From Octopus bimaculoides (lineage: Eukaryota), in assembly GCF_001194135.2 (NCBI RefSeq), contig NC_068991.1, positions 77,896,504 to 77,960,503 on the forward strand: a stretch of 64,000 nucleotides of DNA, given 5' to 3'. Made by a program: the position numbers and the translations under genes. The notes under the pieces are model-generated. The model was given only the letters and a program-made list of their open reading frames with translations. It did not search any database and was not told the DNA's origin. Each line of letters begins with the position of its first letter. Position 1 is the stretch's first letter. Below, piece after piece: positions 53,901 to 61,039 of the stretch.

Positions 53901-56055
53901 GCCACAATATCACCGTCTGTCATTTCTGTTGCTATGGAGAAAATCGGTGAAGTTGCAACCCTACCCTCGTGGCATGCCAAAACTGCCGTCCTTAGCTTCC
54001 TGCAAGCTTTAATCTTCAACAACTTTTTCACCATGCATCAACCTGAATATGTACAACAAGTCCAGGAGTTTATAATGACGCTTATCTGCAATGAAAGATT
54101 AGAGGTAAACAGTTTTCTATTTTGCTCTCTTCATTTTCATTTCTTAGAAATACCAAATTGGAAATCCTTCCATGTATGACGTTCAGCAAACAAATAAAGA
54201 AGAATGGAACCCAAAACCTCATGCTTATAAAATGAACCTCATTACATCACAGCAATGTTTGTCTTTTAAAAGTTTTTGTCATATTATTTCTCTATGGAAC
54301 GGTTATGGCCTAAACTCATTTTTGTCTAAAAGCATTGAGTAGCTCTGAGATCTACAAAATGTTTTCCCCTTTCTTCTTTCAGGTCCGAGAGACAGCATCA
54401 GAGACACTGAGTGGTTTGCTTCACTGTGGTTTCCTAAAAATTGATGACGAACTTTTAGTAAGTAATATTTGATGATTAACTGTAAAGTTTCCACAATGAC
54501 AAAATGGCAGAAATGAAGGGTGAGGAAGGGCATCCAGCTGTAGAAACCTTGCCAGATCAGATTGGAGCCTGGTGCAGCCTCTGGCTCACCAGTCCTCAGT
54601 CAAGCCGTCCACCCCATGCTAGCATGGAAAGCGGATGTTAAACAATGATGATGAGTGTTATATAGTGTCACCTTACCAGTTCTATGCTAAATTTTTGTTG
54701 GAATCATAAATCTATCTAGAATTATTTAGTGTGCAAGATTCTTGATGTGGATACGTGTGTTGAAAGAAATACAATTAAACCTTGGGAGAAGCATTATGCT
54801 GGTAATAAACACACGCACTGGTTCAGTCCTTTATTAATTTATAAACAGTATATAGTTTTTTGTTAAATAATTTCATTGCACTCTTGCAATCTCTTCAGTA
54901 ACTTGTCTCTCCACTTCCATTTATTTTGAATGTATGATTTGGCGTTGTTTTGAAACTGTTTGGTATGAGCATGTGTGCACGCACTTATGTGTTCGTGCTT
55001 ATATGTAAGTATGTGCGTCCATATGTGTGTTTGTAACAATTTCGTTTATATTCTCTATCTAGAATTGATTTAATTTAAATCCTTTGCCTTTTTTGTTTTT
55101 TTTACTTGATTAATTTTCTTTTTAAATTCTTTCAGTCTCGGTTTGAAAAGCTTAGCTCTACCAAATTGAAAACAGCAGGCACAGACGCGGTCAGCTTAGA
55201 GCTCTTGGTTCAGCGTCATGCAGGTGTGTTGGGCCTCTGTGCATGTATCCAAGCCTATCCGTATGAGGTACCGCAGTTTGTTCCTCAACTTCTTGTGGAT
55301 ATCAGCACACATGTCAACGACATTCAGCCCATACAGGTGAGAAAATAATCAATTATTGCTACATGTAGTGGGGCTTTTTTTTTTTTGTTTTTTGTCTTTA
55401 GTACATATTGGAATTATTTTAATCTTTACTTTTGTACGGGTTGAATGAAATTCATTGAAGCAAATCTGCCCAGATACTCTATTTGTCTTTTAATACCTTA
55501 CTTGTTTCCAAGCAAGGTAACATTGACACATGTTTTCATACAAGATTGCAAATGAATGACTTTGCTTTTTTGATGGAGACATTCGATTTACAATTAATGC
55601 AAAATATCAAGAAAATGAAATACACACATGTATACACACTTGTACATATATATAGGTATTTATTCTTTTACTTGTTTCAGTCATTTGACTGTGTCCTTGC
55701 TGGAGCACCGCCTTTAGTCGAGCAAATCGACCCCAGAGCTTATTCTTTGTAAGCCTGGTACTTATTCTATTGGTCTCTTTTGCTGAACCGCTAAGTTACT
55801 GGGACGTAAACACACCACCATCAGTTGTCAAGCTATGTTGGAGAGACAAACACAGGCACTTATCTGGAAATCCAACCGAAAGCTGTAATAATCTGTTTTC
55901 AAATCTGTTTTTATTTCTAGCTGACTGTAAAGAAAGCTTTGTCCAACTTCCGGCGTACACATCATGACAACTGGCATGACCATAAACAGAAGTTTACTGA
56001 TGATCAGTTGCTTGTCCTGACAGACTTATTAGTTTCACCAAATTACTATGCTTGA
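691..56055 (+). CDS. PSME4: Proteasome activator complex subunit 4 (PA200/Blm10 ortholog), 5'-incomplete; 39 coding exons (w1-w39), 1603 aa
   Basis: Manually spliced exons all have AG/GT boundaries with compatible phases and no internal stop. Translation is colinear with human PA200 as recalled: [97 protein letters not shown]...[17 protein letters not shown]. Confidence 0.97.
2294..2410 (+). CDS. PSME4: PSME4 exon w2 ([14 protein letters not shown]...YVLWIISMI)
   Basis: ccttcag/gtaagt, 117 nt, phase 0/0. Confidence 0.93.
3120..3530 (+). mobile_element. SINE with a family A head but a LINE-derived (GAT)n tail; similar copy at 267-600
   Basis: Head GCTTGC..CAACC..TGG...GGTTCAATCCCACTG, then GGTTGGTGACAGGAAGGACGTCCAGCTGTAGAAA...CATGCAAGCATGGGAAAA..GATGATG. 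Confidence 0.68.
4512..4745 (+). mobile_element. tRNA-headed SINE 'family C'; other copies near 9650-9860, 27615-27745 and 49918-50130, plus antisense fragments
   Basis: GGCGGCGAGCTGGC...GAGTTCGAATTCC (box B-like), then CGAGGTCGACTTTGCCTTTCATCCTTTCGGGG...AATAAGTACCAG...CTGGGGTCGAT. Confidence 0.72.
5366..5458 (+). CDS. PSME4: PSME4 exon w3 ([31 protein letters not shown])
   Basis: AAG acceptor (cctcaaag), gtaagt donor, 93 nt; FYHPSN-GRW motif. Confidence 0.9.
6302..6360 (+). CDS. PSME4: PSME4 exon w4 ([20 protein letters not shown])
   Basis: tttcag/gtaatt, 59 nt, phase 0/2. Confidence 0.9.
6746..6952 (+). CDS. PSME4: PSME4 exon w5 ([27 protein letters not shown]...[12 protein letters not shown])
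   Basis: tttcag/gtaagt, 207 nt, phase 2/2. Confidence 0.94.
7113..7306 (+). mobile_element. LINE 3'-tail fragment with (GAT)n end
   Basis: GTGGTTGGCATTTGGAAGGGTATCCAGCC...CATGCCAGCATGGAAAGTGGACATTAAATGATGATG. Confidence 0.75.
7630..7771. mobile_element. Fold-back MITE (~142 bp, ~55-bp imperfect TIRs); half copy at 2057-2145
   Basis: TTGTTTGCCAACATAACATGGCAGTCCTGG... versus ...CCATGACTGCCATGTTATGGCAAACAA. Confidence 0.75.
7861..8146 (-). mobile_element. LINE 3'-tail fragment, antisense, with ~2 array units
   Basis: (CAT)n, then CCATGCTGGCATGGGTTGG...TTTCTACAGCTGGATGCCCTTCCTAACGCCAACC. Confidence 0.78.
8488..8674 (+). CDS. PSME4: PSME4 exon w6 ([12 protein letters not shown]...[12 protein letters not shown])
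   Basis: cttccag/gtaatt, 187 nt, phase 2/0; strong motif identity. Confidence 0.96.
9978..10067 (+). CDS. PSME4: PSME4 exon w7 ([30 protein letters not shown])
   Basis: ttgcag/gtaagc, 90 nt. Confidence 0.95.
11448..11512 (+). CDS. PSME4: PSME4 exon w8 ([22 protein letters not shown])
   Basis: ttttag/gtaagt, 65 nt, phase 0/2. Confidence 0.95.
11785..12163 (-). mobile_element. SINE family A, full-length antisense copy
   Basis: Reverse complement of the same structure. Confidence 0.8.
12540..12770. repeat. Degenerate (GAT/GGT)n trinucleotide tract
   Basis: Direct reading; source of the spurious Met/Val-rich ORF 12483-12860. Confidence 0.85.
12875..13031 (+). CDS. PSME4: PSME4 exon w9 (SFSLIENS...[21 protein letters not shown])
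   Basis: tttcag/gtgagt, 157 nt, phase 2/0. Confidence 0.93.
13820..13918 (+). CDS. PSME4: PSME4 exon w10 ([33 protein letters not shown])
   Basis: tcatag/gtaagt, 99 nt. Confidence 0.93.
14190..14340 (-). mobile_element. Decayed RTE-type LINE ORF fragment (post-RT region)
   Basis: Minus strand reads [38 protein letters not shown], resembling RVRI.WKKFREL...KGRLY...VRSVMLHGSETW, with stops. Confidence 0.6.
14939..15011 (+). CDS. PSME4: PSME4 exon w11 ([24 protein letters not shown])
   Basis: ttttag/gtgagt, 73 nt, phase 0/1. Confidence 0.92.
16219..16286 (+). CDS. PSME4: PSME4 exon w12 ([23 protein letters not shown])
   Basis: ttacag/gtaagt, 68 nt, phase 1/0; ELLWNL motif. Confidence 0.94.
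16600..17313 (+). mobile_element. LINE 3' end with an expanded 61/62-bp tandem array spanning an N gap
   Basis: Alternating 62-bp and 61-bp units, then the same tail as 51362-51912, ending ACGACGACG. Confidence 0.8.
17506..17721 (+). CDS. PSME4: PSME4 exon w13 ([10 protein letters not shown]...[27 protein letters not shown])
   Basis: cttag/gtcagt, 216 nt. Confidence 0.93.
17898..18052 (+). CDS. PSME4: PSME4 exon w14 ([23 protein letters not shown]...KDNETP-R)
   Basis: ttctag/gtaggt, 155 nt, phase 0/2; IQWH-P motif. Confidence 0.94.
19555..19690 (-). mobile_element. Decayed RTE-type LINE 3' end (ORF terminus plus tail)
   Basis: Minus strand W..KVVRSIS..GG......[10 protein letters not shown], resembling W.EVVR.DL..LGL...PSNPCKHGK. 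Confidence 0.5.
20058..20150 (+). CDS. PSME4: PSME4 exon w15 ([30 protein letters not shown])
   Basis: ttccag/gtaagt, 93 nt, phase 2/2. Confidence 0.92.
21264..21975 (+). mobile_element. SINE family A interrupted by an antisense LINE tail (21428-21721)
   Basis: Head 21264-21420, LINE tail insert, then linker and 3' module 21722-21975. Confidence 0.78.
22828..22883 (+). CDS. PSME4: PSME4 exon w16 ([19 protein letters not shown])
   Basis: taacag/gtaatt, 56 nt, phase 2/1. Weak similarity; supported mainly by phase fit and position. Confidence 0.75.
23361..23423 (+). CDS. PSME4: PSME4 exon w17 ([21 protein letters not shown])
   Basis: cttcag/gtgagt, 63 nt, phase 1/1. Confidence 0.82.
23524..23697. 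mobile_element. Small MITE with CAGTGG-type (hAT-like) ends
   Basis: CAGTGGTGGACTGG ... CCAGTCCACTACTA (12/14). Internal direct repeat CTAAGGGGGCCCAC occurs twice. No clear TSD. Confidence 0.55.
24317..24731 (-). mobile_element. LINE 3'-tail fragment with a diverged tandem array
   Basis: Same tail, then ~6 units beginning GGTGC(A/T)(A/T)TTTAC. Confidence 0.72.
24812..24867 (+). CDS. PSME4: PSME4 exon w18 ([19 protein letters not shown])
   Basis: tttcag/gtaagt, 56 nt, phase 1/0; EDDTK motif. Confidence 0.94.
24966..25932 (+). mobile_element. Internally deleted piggyBac DNA transposon
   Basis: TTAA at 24962-24965 and 25933-25936. Ends CCCTTTCGTTACTA / TAGTAACGAAGGGG (13/14 inverted match). 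Acidic N-terminus (DSEFEGF...[14 protein letters not shown]) and [35 protein letters not shown] at ~25526-25630, typical of piggyBac transposases. Catalytic core absent. Confidence 0.9.
26847..26945 (+). CDS. PSME4: PSME4 exon w19 ([33 protein letters not shown])
   Basis: ttttag/gtatgt, 99 nt; FD-RWK motif. Confidence 0.93.
30679..30741 (+). CDS. PSME4: PSME4 exon w20 ([21 protein letters not shown])
   Basis: ttctag/gttggt, 63 nt. Confidence 0.95.
31205..31565. repeat. Compound (CT)n microsatellite with periodic CTGTT interruptions
   Basis: Direct reading; source of the spurious ERERE ORFs on the minus strand. Confidence 0.95.
32908..33003 (+). CDS. PSME4: PSME4 exon w21 ([32 protein letters not shown])
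   Basis: ttccag/gttagt, 96 nt. Confidence 0.93.
33929..34054 (+). CDS. PSME4: PSME4 exon w22 ([25 protein letters not shown]...EHKLK)
   Basis: AAG acceptor (gccaag), gtcagt donor, 126 nt. Confidence 0.86.
34812..35003 (+). CDS. PSME4: PSME4 exon w23 ([14 protein letters not shown]...[21 protein letters not shown]...FETPAIKIE)
   Basis: cgacag/gtgagt, 192 nt. Confidence 0.88.
35105..35430 (-). mobile_element. Decayed RTE LINE C-terminal fragment from a different family, with a terminal Cys knuckle
   Basis: Minus strand LRRTGHVL...[19 protein letters not shown], then (frameshift) [18 protein letters not shown]...[11 protein letters not shown]. Matches the LRW.GHV / G.R..GRP / W..LA.DR..W / C..CG..C layout of RTE ORF ends. 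Confidence 0.65.
35728..35867 (+). CDS. PSME4: PSME4 exon w24 ([13 protein letters not shown]...[10 protein letters not shown])
   Basis: cttcag/gtaagg, 140 nt, phase 0/2. Confidence 0.87.
37270..37323 (+). CDS. PSME4: PSME4 exon w25 ([18 protein letters not shown])
   Basis: tttcag/gtaagt, 54 nt, phase 2/2. Confidence 0.88.
38333..38549. mobile_element. MITE (~217 bp), piggyBac-like ends; partial opposite-orientation copy at 15077-15228
   Basis: CCTTTAACATTCAGA ... TTTAAATGTTAAAGG inverted ends (13/15). Confidence 0.7.
38621..38750 (+). CDS. PSME4: PSME4 exon w26 ([23 protein letters not shown]...DDSITVRE)
   Basis: tgccag/gtgcga, 130 nt, phase 2/0. Confidence 0.92.
40764..41320 (-). mobile_element. 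LINE 3'-end fragment with 4 array units
   Basis: Same tail; units beginning GGTGCTTTTTA at ~40929, ~40981, ~41039 and ~41109. Confidence 0.78.
41562..41809 (+). CDS. PSME4: PSME4 exon w27 ([18 protein letters not shown]...RDDNHWL...[14 protein letters not shown])
   Basis: ttgcag/gtaagt, 248 nt, phase 0/2. Confidence 0.95.
41930..42270 (-). mobile_element. Further tRNA-headed SINE; its tail is also present at 34345-34400
   Basis: Minus strand GTGAGTTCGATCCCTGGG...TGTGTTCTTGAGCAAGACACTT head, and tail CTAGGTGCAATCCCATGGTCATTCATGAC. Confidence 0.55.
43587..43782 (+). CDS. PSME4: PSME4 exon w28 ([12 protein letters not shown]...[22 protein letters not shown])
   Basis: ttttag/gtgaga, 196 nt, phase 2/0. 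Confidence 0.95.
44323..44487 (+). CDS. PSME4: PSME4 exon w29 ([11 protein letters not shown]...[22 protein letters not shown])
   Basis: attcag/gtagtt, 165 nt. Confidence 0.95.
45603..45707 (+). CDS. PSME4: PSME4 exon w30 ([35 protein letters not shown])
   Basis: ttccag/gtaagt, 105 nt; VET--DWG motif. Confidence 0.93.
46402..46493 (+). CDS. PSME4: PSME4 exon w31 ([31 protein letters not shown])
   Basis: tttcag/gtgagt, 92 nt, phase 0/2. Confidence 0.95.
47047..47178 (+). CDS. PSME4: PSME4 exon w32 ([20 protein letters not shown]...[10 protein letters not shown])
   Basis: gtttag/gtaagt, 132 nt, phase 2/2. Confidence 0.95.
48729..48874 (+). CDS. PSME4: PSME4 exon w33 ([15 protein letters not shown]...[15 protein letters not shown])
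   Basis: ttacag/gtattt, 146 nt, phase 2/1. The acceptor is the last of four tandem copies (see findings). Confidence 0.88.
50220..50348 (+). CDS. PSME4: PSME4 exon w34 ([12 protein letters not shown]...[17 protein letters not shown])
   Basis: tttcag/gtaagt, 129 nt, phase 1/1. Confidence 0.85.
50725..51093 (+). mobile_element. tRNA-headed SINE 'family A' (CORE-like segment, internal TA microsatellite, 3' module)
   Basis: Box A-like TGGCTGTGTGG and box B-like GGATTCAGTCCC, then ACCTTAGGCAAGTGTC (resembles the CORE-SINE consensus), (TA)n, and a 3' module ending GAAACAAATAAAAGA. Many copies in the window. Confidence 0.8.
51362..51912 (-). mobile_element. 5'-truncated RTE-type LINE: ORF terminus, tandemly repetitive 3' UTR and GAT-type tail
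   Basis: Minus strand [10 protein letters not shown]/(fs)[18 protein letters not shown], then ~60-bp units, GGTTGGCGTTAGGAAGGGCATCCAGCTGTAGAAA and CCCATGCCAGCATGGAAAACGGACGTTAAACGATG. Confidence 0.8.
52482..52558 (+). CDS. PSME4: PSME4 exon w35 ([26 protein letters not shown])
   Basis: ttccag/gtaagt, 77 nt, phase 1/0; LKW motif. Confidence 0.9.
53823..54104 (+). CDS. PSME4: PSME4 exon w36 ([17 protein letters not shown]...[21 protein letters not shown]...CNERLE)
   Basis: ttccag/gtaaac, 282 nt; SWHA motif. Confidence 0.93.
54383..54457 (+). CDS. PSME4: PSME4 exon w37 ([25 protein letters not shown])
   Basis: tttcag/gtaagt, 75 nt. Confidence 0.96.
54527..54654 (+). mobile_element. Short LINE 3'-tail fragment in intron w37
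   Basis: AGGAAGGGCATCCAGCTGTAGAAA...CCCATGCTAGCATGGAAAGCGGATGTTAAACAATGATGATG. Confidence 0.75.
55136..55336 (+). CDS. PSME4: PSME4 exon w38 ([11 protein letters not shown]...[27 protein letters not shown]...NDIQPIQ)
   Basis: tttcag/gtgaga, 201 nt. Confidence 0.96.
55660..55855 (-). mobile_element. SINE family A 3' module only, just upstream of the last exon
   Basis: CTTTTACTTGTTTCAGTCATTTGACTG...GGAGCACCGCC...GTAAGCCTGGTACTTATTCT. Confidence 0.72.
55921..56055 (+). CDS. PSME4: PSME4 terminal coding exon w39 ([18 protein letters not shown]...VSPNYYA*), ending in the HbYX motif YYA
   Basis: ttctag acceptor, 135 nt including TGA at 56053-56055; near-identical to the recalled human C-terminus. 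Confidence 0.98.
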   Translation: MTVKKALSNFRRTHHDNWHDHKQKFTDDQLLVLTDLLVSPNYYA

Positions 56056-56064
56056 AACGATGCC

Positions 56065-56350
56065 ATTAAATAATGACAACGGTAAATATTGGTTTTTTTT
56101 TCCTTTCCTCTTAAACTTTAACAGGATTTTAATATCTATCAATGCAGATTTTCTCTGTTGTTTAATTAAGCTGTACATTTCATTAACTCATTTAAGCCTT
56201 TAGCATTCAGATTGCTCAATCAAATCTAATACTAATTTATTCACCTTGTTTTGAATCAGTCCTACTTTATCTCATACCTTCAAGATTTTGATGATGGAAT
56301 CATTTATTCTTGAAATGGCATTGTAGGGTGCACTGCCCTCCTCTAATAAA
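56065..56350 (+). promoter_or_regulatory. Candidate PSME4 polyadenylation signals: ATTAAA 56065-56070 and AATAAA 56345-56350
   Basis: Hexamers downstream of the stop codon. Usage cannot be determined from DNA in such AT-rich sequence. Confidence 0.3.
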
Positions 56351-56604
56351 ACACAAGAAACAAGGAACTGAGATAATTGCAAAAAAGAAAACAAAAACTG
56401 AAAAAATTATAGCCATCTGTAATTTGGAAGTTTGCAGCAATTCAATTAACTTTCAGGTTGTGTGGCATGATCAAGAAATTCAAATAGCCATTCTCTGACA
56501 ACATAGTAAGTCAGCTTGCTGTGTGAGAGGCCAGACCTGGCCGGTTGAATCTAAAAGCAAGTAGAATATTTGGGCCCAGTTTGGCCAGTTTCGATGTTAA
56601 AGTG
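56196..56604. mobile_element. Same MITE family, TTAA-flanked, split by a ~190-bp insert, downstream of the PSME4 stop
   Basis: TTAA at 56192-56195 and 56605-56608. The 5' half matches 38333-38465 and the 3' half (56519-56604) matches 38470-38549. Confidence 0.68.
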
Positions 56605-57023
56605 TTAACGAAGAGACACATTTTAACAGTTATGAATTTTAGACAGTCATAGCTCCAACAAATTTCTCATTTGTTGTGGAGCACTGTCAGTGAATAAATG
56701 GCTTGTTCGGGTAAAATATGTGTTGTATGTTTGCTCGTTTGTCTTAGTCATTTATTCATTAATGGTAATGAGAAAAATTACATTTTGATTTTCTTTCTTT
56801 TCAGATTGAGAAAATGTGTTTTTTTTTTTCCATCTGGCTCCACTTGTTTAGTGAAATCCCTAAGTCCTTGGAAATTGGAGAAGTTTTTTTCGGGTGTATA
56901 TGTATATAATATATACTTTAAATTTATTAAATATACAATTTAGATCTTGATTTTAAAATTACTTTTAAAAAAGTTTATAAACATTTAGAAAATACAACAA
57001 ATTACAAATTTTGGGAGAAACAG

Positions 57024-57074
<51 letters not shown>

Positions 57075-59395
57075 CCCCCTTGAACAACAAATGCATGAAC
57101 ATGGCTTCAATTCTTTTTTTTTTTATTTTTACCCCTAATTACTATTCAAGATGTAATTCCTGCCATAAATAAATTTCGATTTATTTTCTCAGTCCAGGAC
57201 TTTGTATGGCATATTTTCCTCTCTTCTCAAGTGAGATCCCTTCTCTGCTTCACTCTGCTCTCACTTGCGATTTTTTAAAGCAGTTATGACAGACTGCTTA
57301 CAAGTCTTTCATCTCGATTATATTAGAAATCTCCTCAAGTCCCTACTGTTAAGGGCAAACCCAATCTTATTTTGACTGTTGTTACATCATCTCAGGTTAA
57401 TCAGTTTTAATTAACCCAACTTAATCCTATTTGTGCTGTCCTGATCCCACCCACCTGTAAATATTTTTAAAAAATCTCCACATGTCACTTGGTCCCTGAA
57501 TGGTGGAAAAGAAAAATTAAATGTAATTTTATTTATTTTACAATATAAGTTAAAATATTTGATCTTTTCTTTGTTTTTTTTCATATCAATAATTATTTTT
57601 AATTTAACAACTATTTTATAAATTATCAGACATCTTCAGATGAAGGAGGGGAAAAAAAGTTATTTAAAATAAAAAGAAAATTTTTTCTTCCTTTCAACAT
57701 CTGAAATATAAGCAGAGATATTTTAGGTTCTATATTCCTGTTTCTGTTTTAAACCTTTTTTTTTTTAATTATTTCCATATTTTTTCTATTATCCATTGTT
57801 ACTGTTTCCATCTATGAGGGTGTTTGTATCATGGCTGTTGCACCCTAATATGGAAAGAGAATACAACAAAATTAGGTTCCGGCAAGTTCTTACATCACAT
57901 CTTTCTTTGCATGTCCAGCAAATGTGATAACCACATCACTACGGTGTTTAGATAGATTTCTAATTTAAGGCAGAATTTTAATTCATTATGTAAAAGTTTA
58001 GTCATTTTTAAAAATAAAACCTGATTAAATTACCCCCTATCCCTTCCCCCTTGTTTAAAATATTGTTTCACACTCGTTATTCAAAGCTCTGAATTTACAA
58101 TTAGTCTTTAAATATGATCAAGAAATCTTACTGAAGAAATCAATGAAAAATTAAGTTTTCACAGTGGCTTTCATTTTTGAAGTCCGTTCCGTATTTTTTT
58201 TTTTTGTAACTTCTATGGAACAAGAACAGCATCATTGTTGGATAAATCTTGTTTGTCCAAGAAGACGAGTGATGTAAGCTAAATTATGTTTGTTTAAAAG
58301 AAACTAGACAACTACAAAAACCTAGATTTATTGCTACAGGTCAGCTTATGTCGTCTGATTTTTCTCTGTATTTTTGCTTTGTTACTAACAAACTATTTAT
58401 GATATCTTCCTTTTGGTTCTTCTAAGATGAGTCCCTTCATGGCATTACCACACAAACCACCAGTGTTGAGCCATTGGAAGGGTTTCCCCATTGATCTTAG
58501 TTGTTTGTTATTTTAGTGAAAACCATTAACAGGAATGTTGAAACTAAAATATCTTTGGACTCTGAAAAAGAAATTGAATTTGGGTTCTTTACTCAGGAAG
58601 AGAATCTCTCTTAAGGAATGTAATAACTTGTGAATAAAAGAATGAAAAAGAAATTTTTTTTAAAAAAGGAACAAATCAATTTGACTTTTTTTTTTACATA
58701 TTTTTGATTGGTTTTTGTCTGGAGGCAGCAGCAGTGTCCGTAGCCTTCACAGGTACTCTGAGACCATTGAGAATGCTCCTTGAATACTTTGCAAGCTGAC
58801 AAATTCAGCAAAGAGGAGAGGGGCATAATTCCAAAAGACTAGGTGTAGTTGCAATCTAGATGATGAATGGTCAAGGCAAATGATTCAGGAGTGCCTGAAC
58901 TAAAGCGACACAAGGGGAGCAGCTAGATTGAAGGAGCAGAGTGGCAGAAAATGCAGAGGGAGGAGATGAGACACGGCTTACCTGTCAATTAGAAGTGTTT
59001 TGATGAGAGACTAAATGCCAATCACTTGGATGGCCTTTGTTTTTGGATGCAGTTATACACATTATATAGTATAGATATAATATATATACACATATTATAT
59101 AATATATAAAGTTGATTAGGATGATGACTTCTTATGGTCAGTTCAGTAGCTTGCAGCAAGTGATTAGCTAGTACAATACTTAGAGGGAACATTAATAAAG
59201 TAATTAATCAATAATATTGCATTACCCCATTAAAAAATTTGGAATAATTTTGTAAAGATAGTTGACAATTCCAATCCTCGTTGTAACTTTAGTAATATAT
59301 TGCATGGGATGAAGAAATACAATTTTAAGAATGGACACAAACATATCAATCCAATCTACATATCAAGGCATTTTGATTTTTTTCATATACACACA

Positions 59396-59747
59396 GGCAC
59401 AGGAGTGGCTGTGTGGTAAGTAGCTTGCTTACCAACCACATGGTCCCGGGTTCAGTCCCACTGCGGGGCACGTGTCTTCTACTATAGCCTTCAACCGACC
59501 AAAGCCTTGTGAGTGGATTTGGTAGACGGGAAATGAAAGAAGCCTGTCATATATATGTGTTTGTGCCCCCAACATCGCTTGACAACTGATGCTGGTGTTT
59601 ATGTCCCCGTAACTTAGCAGTTCGGCAAAAATGATTGATAGAATAAGTACTAGGCTTCCAAAGAATAAGCTCTGGGGTCAATTTTCTCGAGTAAAGGTGG
59701 TGCTCCAGCAAGGCCGCAGTCAAATGACTAAAACAAGTAAAAGAGTA
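59396..59747 (+). mobile_element. SINE family A, full-length copy
   Basis: Same head, linker and 3' module as 50725-51093. Confidence 0.8.
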
Positions 59748-59984
59748 TATATGTACACAATTTATTTAGTCTTCCAACTCAGTTGAGGGTTACCTTGGGT
59801 TTCAAAATCTGTATCAGTAGACAATTATTTAATGGTAACATTTGTTATAGATTTCTCATCAGCCCCCAATGGCCCCCTCAACCAAACCAGTAGACTAAAA
59901 TTAATAAGAGAGACAGTGCTCGGCTTTCAATTCTGACTTTCTACAGAAACTTTCAATATTCTCTCTCATATATATATATATATA

Positions 59985-60989
59985 TCAGGAGGTACCTGAA
60001 AGTAACAGGAAGCATTCTCTGTGGGACAAGCCTGTAGTAGTTCTGGCTTCTATCACTAGAAGCCACTTGATGCAACCCTCAGGCATCAGTCTGCCAACCA
60101 GCAGTGGCATATTAAGTCATACTGTCACATGATGTGTTTTTGTTTGACAGTGCTTCTCCCCTGTTCATCGATTTTTGCGATGGCTGAAAGAAAGGGACAG
60201 CATGCTTCTGTGAAATTCCGTTTTCTGCTGTGGAAAACAGCAGCTGAAAGAGTTTTAATGCTTTAAACAGCTTATAAGGATGCTGCCATGAGCAAAATAC
60301 AAGTTTACGAGTGATTTTCATGCTTTAGGAATGATCACCTGTCACCTGAAGACCAACCTCGTTTAGGGTGACTATTGACCTCTCAAACGAACATAAACAT
60401 CACGAAAATTCATAAATTGATCTTAGAGGACCATCACCGAACAATTGACAAACTTGTTGATGTGACTGGTGTGTCCTGGACTTCCTGTCAATGAATTTTG
60501 AGTGAAGAATTGCAAATGAAAAGAGTTGTAGCAAAACTTGTGCCTTGCTTGCTCACAGAAGATCAAAAACAGTCACGAGTGGAAGAGCAGTTGGAAGTTG
60601 ATCCCAACTTGTTTCCAAAGGTCACCACTGGTGACAAATGCTGGTTGCTATGGCTACGACCCAGAAACGAAGCATCCATGAAAGCATTCAATGTCACCAC
60701 GACCTCAAAAAGCACACATCAAGTCAATGTCCAGACAATGCTGATTTGTTTCATCGATGCAAAAATAATTGTCCACACAGAATTTGTTCTTCCTGGTCAA
60801 ACTGCTTGCCTGATATTTTACTTGGCAGTTTTGAAGCATTTGTGAGACAAAAATGCCCCGACCAGTGGCAAAGGAGTGGTTTCATTACACTAATGCACTT
60901 TGCACACACCCGCTTCAGTGTGAGACAGTTTTCAACTGAAAAGGAACGACCCCACTTACCTTCCCTATTCACTAAATCTTGCTCCCTGC

Positions 60990-61039
<50 letters not shown>

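Noticed and set aside
1-56055. Excess of antisense over sense LINE fragments in PSME4 introns (roughly 2:1 by my count)
   Set aside because: Antisense bias of intronic retroelements is a well-known general pattern and the counts are small.
58400-58860. Possible exons of a downstream gene (AG...GT-bounded GC-richer stretches)
   Set aside because: No recognisable protein similarity and no consistent exon chain on either strand.
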